Assembly (NCBI GenBank): GCA_001563335.1
Contig: LRSL01000071.1
Span: 1 to 16,622, forward strand
From: Candidatus Thorarchaeota archaeon SMTZ1-45
Lineage (GTDB): Archaea > Asgardarchaeota > Thorarchaeia > Thorarchaeales > Thorarchaeaceae
Reading direction: 5' to 3'
DNA length: 16,622 bases
Shown here: positions 9,099 through 16,622 of the stretch, piece after piece
Position numbering within the stretch: position 1 is the first letter of the stretch
How the letters are laid out: the number at the start of each line of letters is the position of its first letter
Notes under the pieces: generated by a model
Told to the model about the DNA's origin: nothing
Seen by the model: the letters and a program-made list of their open reading frames with translations, nothing else
Databases searched by the model: none
Position numbers and translations under genes: made by a program

Positions 9099-9637
9099 TG
9101 CATAAACCTAGAAGTTATAGCCCTGAACACCTCCTGTATCTGTCGAGAATCATGGAAGAGTATCCTGCTGAAGAAATCCGAGTCATTGAGTTTGAAGAAG
9201 AAGATGCAAATGATATAGCAGAGCTTTTTCGACAGGTTTGGCCGCTGGCTGTTGAGTATCCTGAGCACTGGCGAAAAAAGAGGATTTACACTCCTGAACA
9301 AATTATCAATGAAATGAGGAATGGATTTCACTTCTTCGGAAGTCGGCTTCAAGGACAGATTGTAGGGGTGTATAAAGCAAAGATAACCGACAAAGGTCTC
9401 TATGGAGAGCATCAAACTGTCCGTCCTGAATGTCGTGCAACAGGACTTGCATCTGCTATGTACATTCAGTTTGCAGAATATGGAAGAGCTCATGGATGCA
9501 AGCGGAATTATTGCAACATTTTAGTCGGACAGGAAATTGGTGAAAAGCTCATGAAGAAGTTTGGTTTCCGACCTTGGGGAGAACCATATGAGCAAGCAGA
9601 GGGAATGCTAGTTCAGATGTATGAACGTTCTTTGTGA
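9098..9637 (+). CDS. GNAT-family N-acetyltransferase
   Basis: Motif A-like VRPECRATGLASAM and C-terminal KLMKKFGF. ATG at 9098 overlaps the radical SAM stop (TGATG). The ORF track starts at TTG 9095. Confidence 0.78.
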   Translation: MHKPRSYSPEHLLYLSRIMEEYPAEEIRVIEFEEEDANDIAELFRQVWPLAVEYPEHWRKKRIYTPEQIINEMRNGFHFFGSRLQGQIVGVYKAKITDKGLYGEHQTVRPECRATGLASAMYIQFAEYGRAHGCKRNYCNILVGQEIGEKLMKKFGFRPWGEPYEQAEGMLVQMYERSL

Positions 9638-9647
9638 TTTCCTTCTT

Positions 9648-11306
9648 CTAGGCTGGTAGATGCAAATACTTCAGATATGTAAGAACTTCATAGAAGTATT
9701 TACCTCCAAAAAGACCACTGGTCTTTAATCCTCCTAGGTGTGGATAATAATCGTCAAAATGTAAATGGTCTGTATTCACTGCAATACCTGGTGCTTCTAT
9801 TTCATCAAAGAAACGCTGCCATATCTCAGGGTCCTCACTATAAACTGAAGTTCGAAGGCCGTATGGTGTGTTGTTTGCCTGAGTAATTGCCTCTTCAAAT
9901 GAATTGATTTTCATAATTGGTAAAACTGGTCCAAAAGTTTCATGATACCACATTTTGCAGTCCAATGGAACATTGCTAAGAATCGTTGGTTTTAAGAAAA
10001 GACCAGAATCATCACGCTCCTCCTGAGCATTTAATCGATATCCTCCTGATTCTAGTTTTGCACCCTTACTTAGCGCCTCATTTATCATGTCGATATTCTG
10101 ATAAAGTGCACGTGTACCAATGACTGGCAAATCTGTATTTGGATCTTCTGGGAGACCAACGGTCAATTTTTGGCTCTTCTCTATGAGGGCGTCAATAAAA
10201 TCATCATAAATTGTTTCATGTAAGAATAGTCGCTTTGCTGCCAAACAAATCTGTCCCGAACCAAAGAAACGCGCATGACTTACATATTCCGCCACTTTTT
10301 CTATCTCAACATCTTTCCACACAAGACTGGCACCACTTCCAGCTAACTCTGGAATGAAATGTAGCCCTCTTCTTATAGCTTGAGACATTAATTTAAGACC
10401 AATATCTGAATCACCATAGTATACCATTGCATTCAGTGGAGACTCATTCACCATATATTGTGCAATACTTTGAGCTGGTCCAATTACAGACTGAAATGCA
10501 CTTTGTGGGAAGTCCAGTTCATTCATCGCTTCCGTCAATACATATGCTAGCTCCATATTAGTGAGAGGCATCCGCGATGGAGTTCTTGTGACCGTCGCAT
10601 TCCCAGCCCAGTAACTGGAAAGAATTGCCATTCCACCTAACCCAATTGCTACATTATAGGGTGGAAAAATCCCCACAGCCCCGAATGGATAGCGACTGAG
10701 GATAGTGCGTTCTCCTTCTTTTGAGCAAGGAATCTCCTTTGACTCAATCTTGGAAGTTGCGAACTCTATGTGGTCTTTGTATAGTGTTTTGAATACTCCT
10801 GTCGCTTGCCAGTCAAACAACTTCACGGGAGTACCCTCAGCAATCCCAATCTCCTTGAAGTTGTCAAAATGCTTCCAGAGTATCTCTCCAACTTTGATAA
10901 GACTTTCAGCTCGTTCTCTGAGCGTAAGACCCTTTCCCTTCTCGTTATACTCTCTATGCATTAGGTGACGAACGGAGTGAGCTTCCTCACATGCCTCAAC
11001 TGTTTCCTTTACTCCACCTATGGCATACTCAGCAAACATCATTTCCTGAATTTCATCTCTCGAAGCTTGTGGATATCCATGTACTCTGATGTAATCCTTT
11101 AGCAACCGTATTTCAGGTGTCTTGCTTGGAAACTGATTTGAAAAATAACGAGCCGCAAACCTGCTTAATGATCCCTGCTCTTTGAGAGCCATTGCATAAA
11201 GAAGTCTAGGATCCCCAATCACTATGTTCATGTTTGGAAAGAAACTAGTCTTTCCCTCAACAGGTTTTAATATTTCACCCTTGATGAGATGCCCAAAGAA
11301 ACGCAT
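9648..11306 (-). CDS. Aldehyde dehydrogenase family protein (divergent)
   Basis: RYPFGAVGIFPPYN, GNATV, catalytic ELAG (Glu) and GQIC (Cys354), ETFGPV and ANNTPYGL. AAGGAG upstream of the ATG. Confidence 0.88.
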   Translation of the reverse strand: MRFFGHLIKGEILKPVEGKTSFFPNMNIVIGDPRLLYAMALKEQGSLSRFAARYFSNQFPSKTPEIRLLKDYIRVHGYPQASRDEIQEMMFAEYAIGGVKETVEACEEAHSVRHLMHREYNEKGKGLTLRERAESLIKVGEILWKHFDNFKEIGIAEGTPVKLFDWQATGVFKTLYKDHIEFATSKIESKEIPCSKEGERTILSRYPFGAVGIFPPYNVAIGLGGMAILSSYWAGNATVTRTPSRMPLTNMELAYVLTEAMNELDFPQSAFQSVIGPAQSIAQYMVNESPLNAMVYYGDSDIGLKLMSQAIRRGLHFIPELAGSGASLVWKDVEIEKVAEYVSHARFFGSGQICLAAKRLFLHETIYDDFIDALIEKSQKLTVGLPEDPNTDLPVIGTRALYQNIDMINEALSKGAKLESGGYRLNAQEERDDSGLFLKPTILSNVPLDCKMWYHETFGPVLPIMKINSFEEAITQANNTPYGLRTSVYSEDPEIWQRFFDEIEAPGIAVNTDHLHFDDYYPHLGGLKTSGLFGGKYFYEVLTYLKYLHLPA

Positions 11307-11433
11307 TAGAAATTCAGTTCTCCTTTGATTTGTGTGTTCCAGTCAGTTTTGGTCGGCGAAGAGAGGAGATTTAAGAGCTTCTAATCTGGGAACATCGATG
11401 GTCCTAATCAAATCTGTCTTGAGGTGTGTTCAA

Positions 11434-13461
11434 ATGACAATTATGAATGATGAAGAATTGCTATATACAAAGGAAGAGCTTGAATTTCGCCTAAAAGTAC
11501 GTGAGTGGGTGGAAAAAGAAATCAGACCTCTGGCAGATAAGATAACAGATCCAGATTTTGACTATCGCAACTTTTTCAGGAAACTAGGTGAATTTGGTCT
11601 TTCAAGACTCTTGATACCCAAGAAATATGGTGGTTCTGAAAAACCATTCATGTATCAGCTACTCGCTGGTGAAGAAATCTCTGCAGTTTGCCCCTCTGCA
11701 ACCATGATGTTTGGAGCAAGTTGCACTCTCTCAGCAATTCCAATACTTCGATTTGGAACAGAAGAACAAAAGGAGAAGTATCTAGTTCCATTAGCAAAGG
11801 GAGAGAAAATTGGCGCATTGGCTATCACAGAACCGAAGGTAGGTAGTGATACTGCTGGGATGGTTACAAGCGCAAGATGGGACGAGAGCGAAGATTGTTG
11901 GATTCTAAATGGTGAAAAACGATACATAACAAATGGTAGCATCGCAGATCAGATTGTTGTTTTTGCTATCACAGATTCGACAGTTGAAAGTAAGAGCGGC
12001 ATGTCCGCCTTCATCATTGAAACCTCATGGAATGGATTCAAGGTTGAGAAAGACTTCAACCTGATGGGACGTGATGGAGTTCGCGTTTCTCATATCAGCT
12101 TCAGTAATCTAAAGGTGCCTAAAGATAATCTTCTTGGAAAATTGAATCAAGGTTTTCTAATCCTGATGAATGAACTAGATTCTGAAAGGGTTGGGATTGC
12201 TGCTGAAGCAATTGGTTGTATGCGGACCCCGTTCGAGATTGCTGTAAAATATTCTCAAGAACGTGAACAGTTTGGTCAACCGATTTCGCGTTTCGAAGCT
12301 GTTTCTTTCAAGGTTGCTGATATGGCTATGAAAATGCGAGCTGCAAGATTATTGCTAATTTCAGCGGCAAGAATGATTGAGAAGGACTTCCCATGTACAA
12401 AGGAAGCTACAATTGCAAAGCTCTATGCAAGCGAGGTATCAGTGGAATGCTGCGATATGGCAATACAGATTTGCGGAGGTGCTGGATATGTCAAAGATTT
12501 CTACCCTCTTGAGAGATTCTATAGAGATGCTCGTTTGGGTACAATAGGTGGTGGAACTTCGGAGATTTTGCGGTTCCTCATTCAAAGAGAGGTCTACATA
12601 GAGAGCAGACGCGACTCATCTGTCCGTGTATCACAAGAAGTTGACGACTTGGATTTTGATGTTATGATGAGTAGCATCCCAAATGGATTTAGACCAGACC
12701 GTTCTGAAGGTGTATCAGCCATCATTCATTTCGATTTTGATGACACTGACTCATGGATTCTGAAGATTGATAATCAGAAATGTGTAATTGAAAAGGGGGA
12801 AATTAACAAACCAGACATGACTGTAAAAACTGACTCCTTTACCTGGCGCAATATTCTACTTGGAAAACTTGATGCTATGCAAGCAATGATGACTGAGAAA
12901 GTCGCTATTGATACTGATGATATGGAACTTCTGATGAAATTTGCTAGAATGTTCAGATTCACTCCAGACATACTCCGAGGAGTGACCAAACTTGAAGAAC
13001 ATAAAGATGTGAAGAAGGAGGTTGCTGAGGAGTCAAAGTTTGAACTCGGTAAGAGTTTGGATGAGCTCGAAATAGGGGACACCGCAGAATCCACAATGTT
13101 GGTTACAGATGAACACATCCAATTGTATGCAGAAATGTCAGGAGATTATAATGCACTTCATATGAATGACGAATATGCAGCTACGACAATGTTCGGAAAA
13201 CGAATTGCGCATGGACCCATTGGTGGTGCTTTGGTTGCAAGGATAATTGGCACACAATTACCTGGACTGGGAACTTTAGCATTCAATATGAAAGTCAATT
13301 TCAAAGCACCCGTCTATCCTGGTGATGAGATTCGGGCAGTCGTTGAGGTTACAGAAAAGGTGCCAGAAGACAATCTGTGTCGGCTTAAATTCGATGTCTA
13401 CAATAATGATGGAATAATCGTTATGGATGGCTACGCTAACGTCATGCCTCCAATTAAATAA
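11434..13461 (+). CDS. Fusion protein: acyl-CoA dehydrogenase + SCP2 sterol/lipid-binding domain + MaoC/PhaJ (R)-enoyl-CoA hydratase
   Basis: ACAD (about 11434-12600): ALAITEPKVGSD, LNGEKRYITNG, REQFGQPI, YRDARLGTIGGGTSEI. SCP2 (about 12655-12960): KPDMTVKTDSFTWRNILLGKLDAMQAMM. MaoC (about 13050-13458): SGDYNALH...FGKRIAHG, FKAPVYPGD. Start placed at ATG 11434 because GAGGTG lies at 11421-11426. Confidence 0.88.
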   Translation: MTIMNDEELLYTKEELEFRLKVREWVEKEIRPLADKITDPDFDYRNFFRKLGEFGLSRLLIPKKYGGSEKPFMYQLLAGEEISAVCPSATMMFGASCTLSAIPILRFGTEEQKEKYLVPLAKGEKIGALAITEPKVGSDTAGMVTSARWDESEDCWILNGEKRYITNGSIADQIVVFAITDSTVESKSGMSAFIIETSWNGFKVEKDFNLMGRDGVRVSHISFSNLKVPKDNLLGKLNQGFLILMNELDSERVGIAAEAIGCMRTPFEIAVKYSQEREQFGQPISRFEAVSFKVADMAMKMRAARLLLISAARMIEKDFPCTKEATIAKLYASEVSVECCDMAIQICGGAGYVKDFYPLERFYRDARLGTIGGGTSEILRFLIQREVYIESRRDSSVRVSQEVDDLDFDVMMSSIPNGFRPDRSEGVSAIIHFDFDDTDSWILKIDNQKCVIEKGEINKPDMTVKTDSFTWRNILLGKLDAMQAMMTEKVAIDTDDMELLMKFARMFRFTPDILRGVTKLEEHKDVKKEVAEESKFELGKSLDELEIGDTAESTMLVTDEHIQLYAEMSGDYNALHMNDEYAATTMFGKRIAHGPIGGALVARIIGTQLPGLGTLAFNMKVNFKAPVYPGDEIRAVVEVTEKVPEDNLCRLKFDVYNNDGIIVMDGYANVMPPIK

Positions 13462-13507
13462 TAAACAACAAGATTGAACAAGCAAGAATCCACTTCAATC
13501 AATAGTT

Positions 13508-14833
13508 ATGAAATCTAAGGACCAATCTATTGACAGGAGCAATCATTCAGCAGGAAATGAAGATCTTGAAGCTCTGATACGATATGATGAATCAAGACTT
13601 TCAATGAAGTCATTACTTCGAGAAATACAAACCGCATCAGACTCTCAATATCATTCAAGGTCACTTCCACTATCTGTGATTAGATATAGAAATACAATCG
13701 ATTACATTCTGACCAAGTCTCTAGGTCAATTGGATTTTAATGAGTTGAATTCATTTGATAGGAATTTTCTCCGTTTGGCAATCTATGAACTTAGATGGCT
13801 TAATGTAAATCTTGATCATTTCAAATCAAAATACCCTCAAATTACTTCTCGCTATGAAGAAGTGCTCAAGCGTTCACTTGTTTTTGATTTGGATGCCACA
13901 GTAAGGAAGCTACCACTTGTAAACCAGTACAGCCTGAAGTACTCACACCCGTCATTCATTGTGCAAACTCTTCTCGATAACATGTCATCTGAAGATTGCA
14001 TTCATTTGTTGAAAAGCAATAATAGTTCGCGAGTTTATTACTTACGACCAAACAAGCTGCATGAAGGTTATAGCACATTCATTAATTCTCTGACTGGTGT
14101 TAAATTGGAACCAGACTCCCTTGTTCCTGAAATCTATCGTATTAATACAGGTATTGATGAAGTTGTCAAATCCGCTCTCTTCAGAGAGGGAAAGATATTG
14201 ATTCAAGATAAAGCTAGCATTCTCGTTGTTAACGCGCTTGATCCTCATCCAGGACAGAAAGTGTGGGATGCTTGTGCAGCACCTGGAATGAAGACTCAAT
14301 TAATTGCAGAGCGAATGAAAGGACATGGCTGTCTAGTTGCAAGTGATGTTTACCCACATCGTGTGAAAATGGCAAGAGAGCTTTCCAAGAAACTCAATAC
14401 TGAACATACTGAATGGACTCACTCTGATGCAACAAGACCGGAATTCAGGGATGCGGATAAGATACTCATTGATGCGCCATGCACTTCAACTGGAATTCTT
14501 CAATCTTATCCTTCATTCAAATGGCGATTAAACAAGGAAGCACTCTTTGCCTTAATGGCTATCCAGAACAAGATTCTTGATGGTATTCTCTCTGCGTATT
14601 CTGAAAGACCAGGCACAGAAATAGTATATGCGACTTGTTCTATTCTACCGCATGAAGGTGAGTCACAAATAGATTCTGCTTTGGAGCGTCATAACATTGA
14701 ACTGATGGACCCCCTCGACTATGGAGATTTTGGATATCCTAAGTTCAAATGTACTCAGAAAGTCCGCAGGGTTTTTCCTCACAAGCATGAATGTAGTGGA
14801 TTCTTCATTTCTCGACTTAGAATCAAGCATTGA
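13508..14833 (+). CDS. RsmB/NOP2/NSUN-family RNA m5C methyltransferase with NusB-like N-terminal domain
   Basis: LRLAIYEL (NusB-like), YSHP, QDKAS, motif I DACAAPGMKT, motif IV DAPCTSTG, motif VI YATCS and GFFISRL. Confidence 0.9.
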   Translation: MKSKDQSIDRSNHSAGNEDLEALIRYDESRLSMKSLLREIQTASDSQYHSRSLPLSVIRYRNTIDYILTKSLGQLDFNELNSFDRNFLRLAIYELRWLNVNLDHFKSKYPQITSRYEEVLKRSLVFDLDATVRKLPLVNQYSLKYSHPSFIVQTLLDNMSSEDCIHLLKSNNSSRVYYLRPNKLHEGYSTFINSLTGVKLEPDSLVPEIYRINTGIDEVVKSALFREGKILIQDKASILVVNALDPHPGQKVWDACAAPGMKTQLIAERMKGHGCLVASDVYPHRVKMARELSKKLNTEHTEWTHSDATRPEFRDADKILIDAPCTSTGILQSYPSFKWRLNKEALFALMAIQNKILDGILSAYSERPGTEIVYATCSILPHEGESQIDSALERHNIELMDPLDYGDFGYPKFKCTQKVRRVFPHKHECSGFFISRLRIKH

Positions 14834-15761
14834 TTCTTCGTTCAACCGACTCCATAACCCTTCTAGCAAACTCTCTGTCATCCTTGAAGGACCATGGAAT
14901 CTCTAGAAACAGTTTGCTTGCTGTTATCATGAGGTCTTTGTCACGATTAATCTGAATCTTGAAGATTAATTTTGTCCATTCAAAACAAGGATGTTCTTGG
15001 AAAGTTTGATTTTCTCCTGATTCAGAGGCAATCTTTGCGAGATATGCCATTCCTTCTTTTGGCTTTCCAAGCATAAGATCCGCAAGTGCTCCCATGCAAG
15101 CAAGAGTCACTGCATTTTTTACCATTCCAGATTTAATGTAAGACGCGGCTCCATCTTTGTATTCTTCAGCCTTCTTTGAATAGAGAGAACGACCATGACT
15201 AATTACCAAATCTCTATTTTCATCTTTGGAACCTGCTTTTCTAAGTGTGACACCTCCCAGAACTGCTGCCTTTAGCTCTGCCTGCATTTCTGTTGTAGGT
15301 TTGAGCTTAGATAACTTGTCAATCTTCTCTATAAGGCTCTCTCCAGCTTTGACAAGTTCATGTTTTGTGTCTGGATTACTAAGAGAAGGATCCCTTTCAG
15401 CAATACCTTCTTCATATACACCTCTTGCTGTACAGAATAAGTCGTAAGCTTTCTCAATCAAGTCATTTTTGTATGCGAAGTTAATTGCTTTAATATAGAC
15501 ATCAATTGCATTGTCTATTTCACCCAGATTTTCAAACTGTGTTGCTGATTCAATCAACCAAGGGAATGCGTCTGTGCTATTCGAATCAATTGCGTCTTGC
15601 GCTCGTGCTAGAGAACTATAGGCATCAATACATATTGTAGCAAGCTCGGGTCTTTTGCATTTAGAATTGACTTCTACCTTTGGAAGTTTCTGACCCCGAA
15701 GCCTACAATATGGATCATCTTCTGATGCACCTAACCAAGTGCACCTTCCTTCAGTAGCCAA
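14823..15761 (-). CDS. Hypothetical alpha-helical (TPR/SNAP-like) protein with Cys-rich N-terminus and a WH2-like motif
   Basis: 312-aa ORF with TTG start and protein-like composition. TPR-like helices (ESATQFENLGEIDNAIDVYIKA; ALADLMLGKPKEGMAYL). Convergent 11-bp overlap with the methyltransferase. Confidence 0.7.
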   Translation of the reverse strand: MATEGRCTWLGASEDDPYCRLRGQKLPKVEVNSKCKRPELATICIDAYSSLARAQDAIDSNSTDAFPWLIESATQFENLGEIDNAIDVYIKAINFAYKNDLIEKAYDLFCTARGVYEEGIAERDPSLSNPDTKHELVKAGESLIEKIDKLSKLKPTTEMQAELKAAVLGGVTLRKAGSKDENRDLVISHGRSLYSKKAEEYKDGAASYIKSGMVKNAVTLACMGALADLMLGKPKEGMAYLAKIASESGENQTFQEHPCFEWTKLIFKIQINRDKDLMITASKLFLEIPWSFKDDREFARRVMESVERRINA

Positions 15762-15880
15762 GCAGTTTTCACATCCAAGTAATCTATATCATGATTCCAC
15801 TTGAATGTTAAAAAACCAACCCACGCTGTATCGTTATCTTTAACTGCAATTAAAAAAGGCAAAGTTTTGAGGTACTCACA

Positions 15881-16288
15881 CTGGAAGATGATGACACGGA
15901 GCTTGCCATGATTAGGCGGAAGAAAATGGCCAAGTTAGTTGCCCGTGAAAAAATGATGCAGGAACAGAAGGAGCAAAAAATAAAGACAGAAGTCGAACGC
16001 GCAAAACTTCTCCAACGATTCTTGGCTCCCGATGCTATAACGTACCTCTCTATTCTAAAAAAGAACGAACCTCATATAGGTAAAAGAGTTGAAGACATTC
16101 TTCTTTATCTAATAGTTTATAGAGGCCTACGTCAGACAATCACTCAACTTGACATTCGCTATGTCGAACGTCAAGTTAAAGGTGAAGGCCCAACAATTCG
16201 TGTCCAACGTGATGGAGAAACATCTGACTTTGGTTCTTATGTACGAGAGGCCATAAGAGAGAGTTCAAATGATTCCAATAAAGATTAA
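15881..16288 (+). CDS. PDCD5/TFAR19-related (archaeal dsDNA-binding) protein; probable CTG start at 15881, alternative ATG at 15908
   Basis: (M)EDDDTELAMIRRKKMAKL...LLQRFLAPDA..YLSILKKNEPHIGKRVEDILLYL...I...PTIRVQR follows the PDCD5 pattern DDELxxIRxxKxAxL...LxxxLxPxAxxxL...P..A..VE..L. Confidence 0.7.
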   Translation: MEDDDTELAMIRRKKMAKLVAREKMMQEQKEQKIKTEVERAKLLQRFLAPDAITYLSILKKNEPHIGKRVEDILLYLIVYRGLRQTITQLDIRYVERQVKGEGPTIRVQRDGETSDFGSYVREAIRESSNDSNKD

Positions 16289-16620
16289 ACCATTGAATTT
16301 GCTCGTCCTCTCCAGTCTCTAATCATGTATCTTAGCTCTTCAACACTGCCTATCTGTTTCTTCCAAGAATCTGCAGTGCGTCTCATCTGAAAAACAAGAG
16401 CTCCACCTCGCGCAAGCTTTTGCTCAAGTATCTCAACTGCTGTTTCAAGTGCATTGACGATACTCTCTTGGTCATCTGTCTTTATAAGGAACTCTTCGAG
16501 ACTCTCGAAGATTGCATCAGGTTCCATCGCAAACCACTCCTCTCTAGGAACTTGAATTTCTCTGTACTTTTTTGCTGGTAAAACGATGCTCCCATCTTTA
16601 ACCTCAACCTCTCCAGCATT
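16285..16620 (-). CDS. Hypothetical protein, likely the C-terminal part of a gene that begins beyond the window
   Basis: The 16285..16527 frame stays open to the window edge (NAGEVEVKDGSIVLPAKKYREIQVPREEWFA-MEPDAIF...). Its stop overlaps the PDCD5-like stop at TTAA. Confidence 0.6.
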   Translation of the reverse strand, partial: NAGEVEVKDGSIVLPAKKYREIQVPREEWFAMEPDAIFESLEEFLIKTDDQESIVNALETAVEILEQKLARGGALVFQMRRTADSWKKQIGSVEELRYMIRDWRGRANSMV

Positions 16621-16622
16621 CT

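Noticed and set aside
11332-11433. 34-aa N-terminal extension of the ACAD fusion in the ORF track
   Set aside because: It occupies the divergent promoter region. The SD GAGGTG and the ACAD domain start support ATG 11434.
341-15447. Many short antisense or out-of-frame ORFs (e.g. 1354..1836, 4225..4650, 5240..5680, 9089..9493, 12774..13118)
   Set aside because: They overlap well-supported genes and show no recognisable motifs, so they are shadow ORFs.
16285-16527. Stand-alone 80-aa protein starting at ATG 16527
   Set aside because: The frame is open and protein-like to the window edge, so it is more likely a truncated longer gene. An upstream GGAG means the short start cannot be fully excluded.
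1-16622. CRISPR arrays, tRNA/rRNA genes, transposases, long repeats
   Set aside because: None seen by eye. Intergenic gaps are all under about 160 bp and show no such structure.

Overview
Gene-dense, moderately AT-rich prokaryotic window that looks archaeal: GAGGTG/GGTGA-type ribosome-binding motifs, frequent GTG/TTG starts and a PDCD5-like gene. Asgard archaea (e.g. Thorarchaeia) is my unverified guess. The core is a tightly coupled + strand operon (1135-9637): glpA-glpB-glpC-like anaerobic glycerol-3-phosphate dehydrogenase, an alkyl-DHAP synthase (AGPS)-like FAD oxidoreductase, a second CCG/Fe-S subunit, an MSMEG_0568-like radical SAM enzyme and a GNAT. Upstream lie the tail of a probable FGGY kinase and an ICMT/PEMT-family methyltransferase. 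Downstream lie an atypical aldehyde dehydrogenase and an acyl-CoA dehydrogenase-SCP2-MaoC triple fusion. Together these suggest a glycerol-ether-lipid processing locus, possibly for anaerobic degradation. The right end holds an RsmB-type m5C methyltransferase, a helical-repeat protein with a WH2-like motif, a PDCD5-like gene with a probable CTG start, and a 5'-truncated hypothetical gene. I saw no RNA genes, CRISPR arrays or mobile elements. All family calls come from motif recognition by eye.
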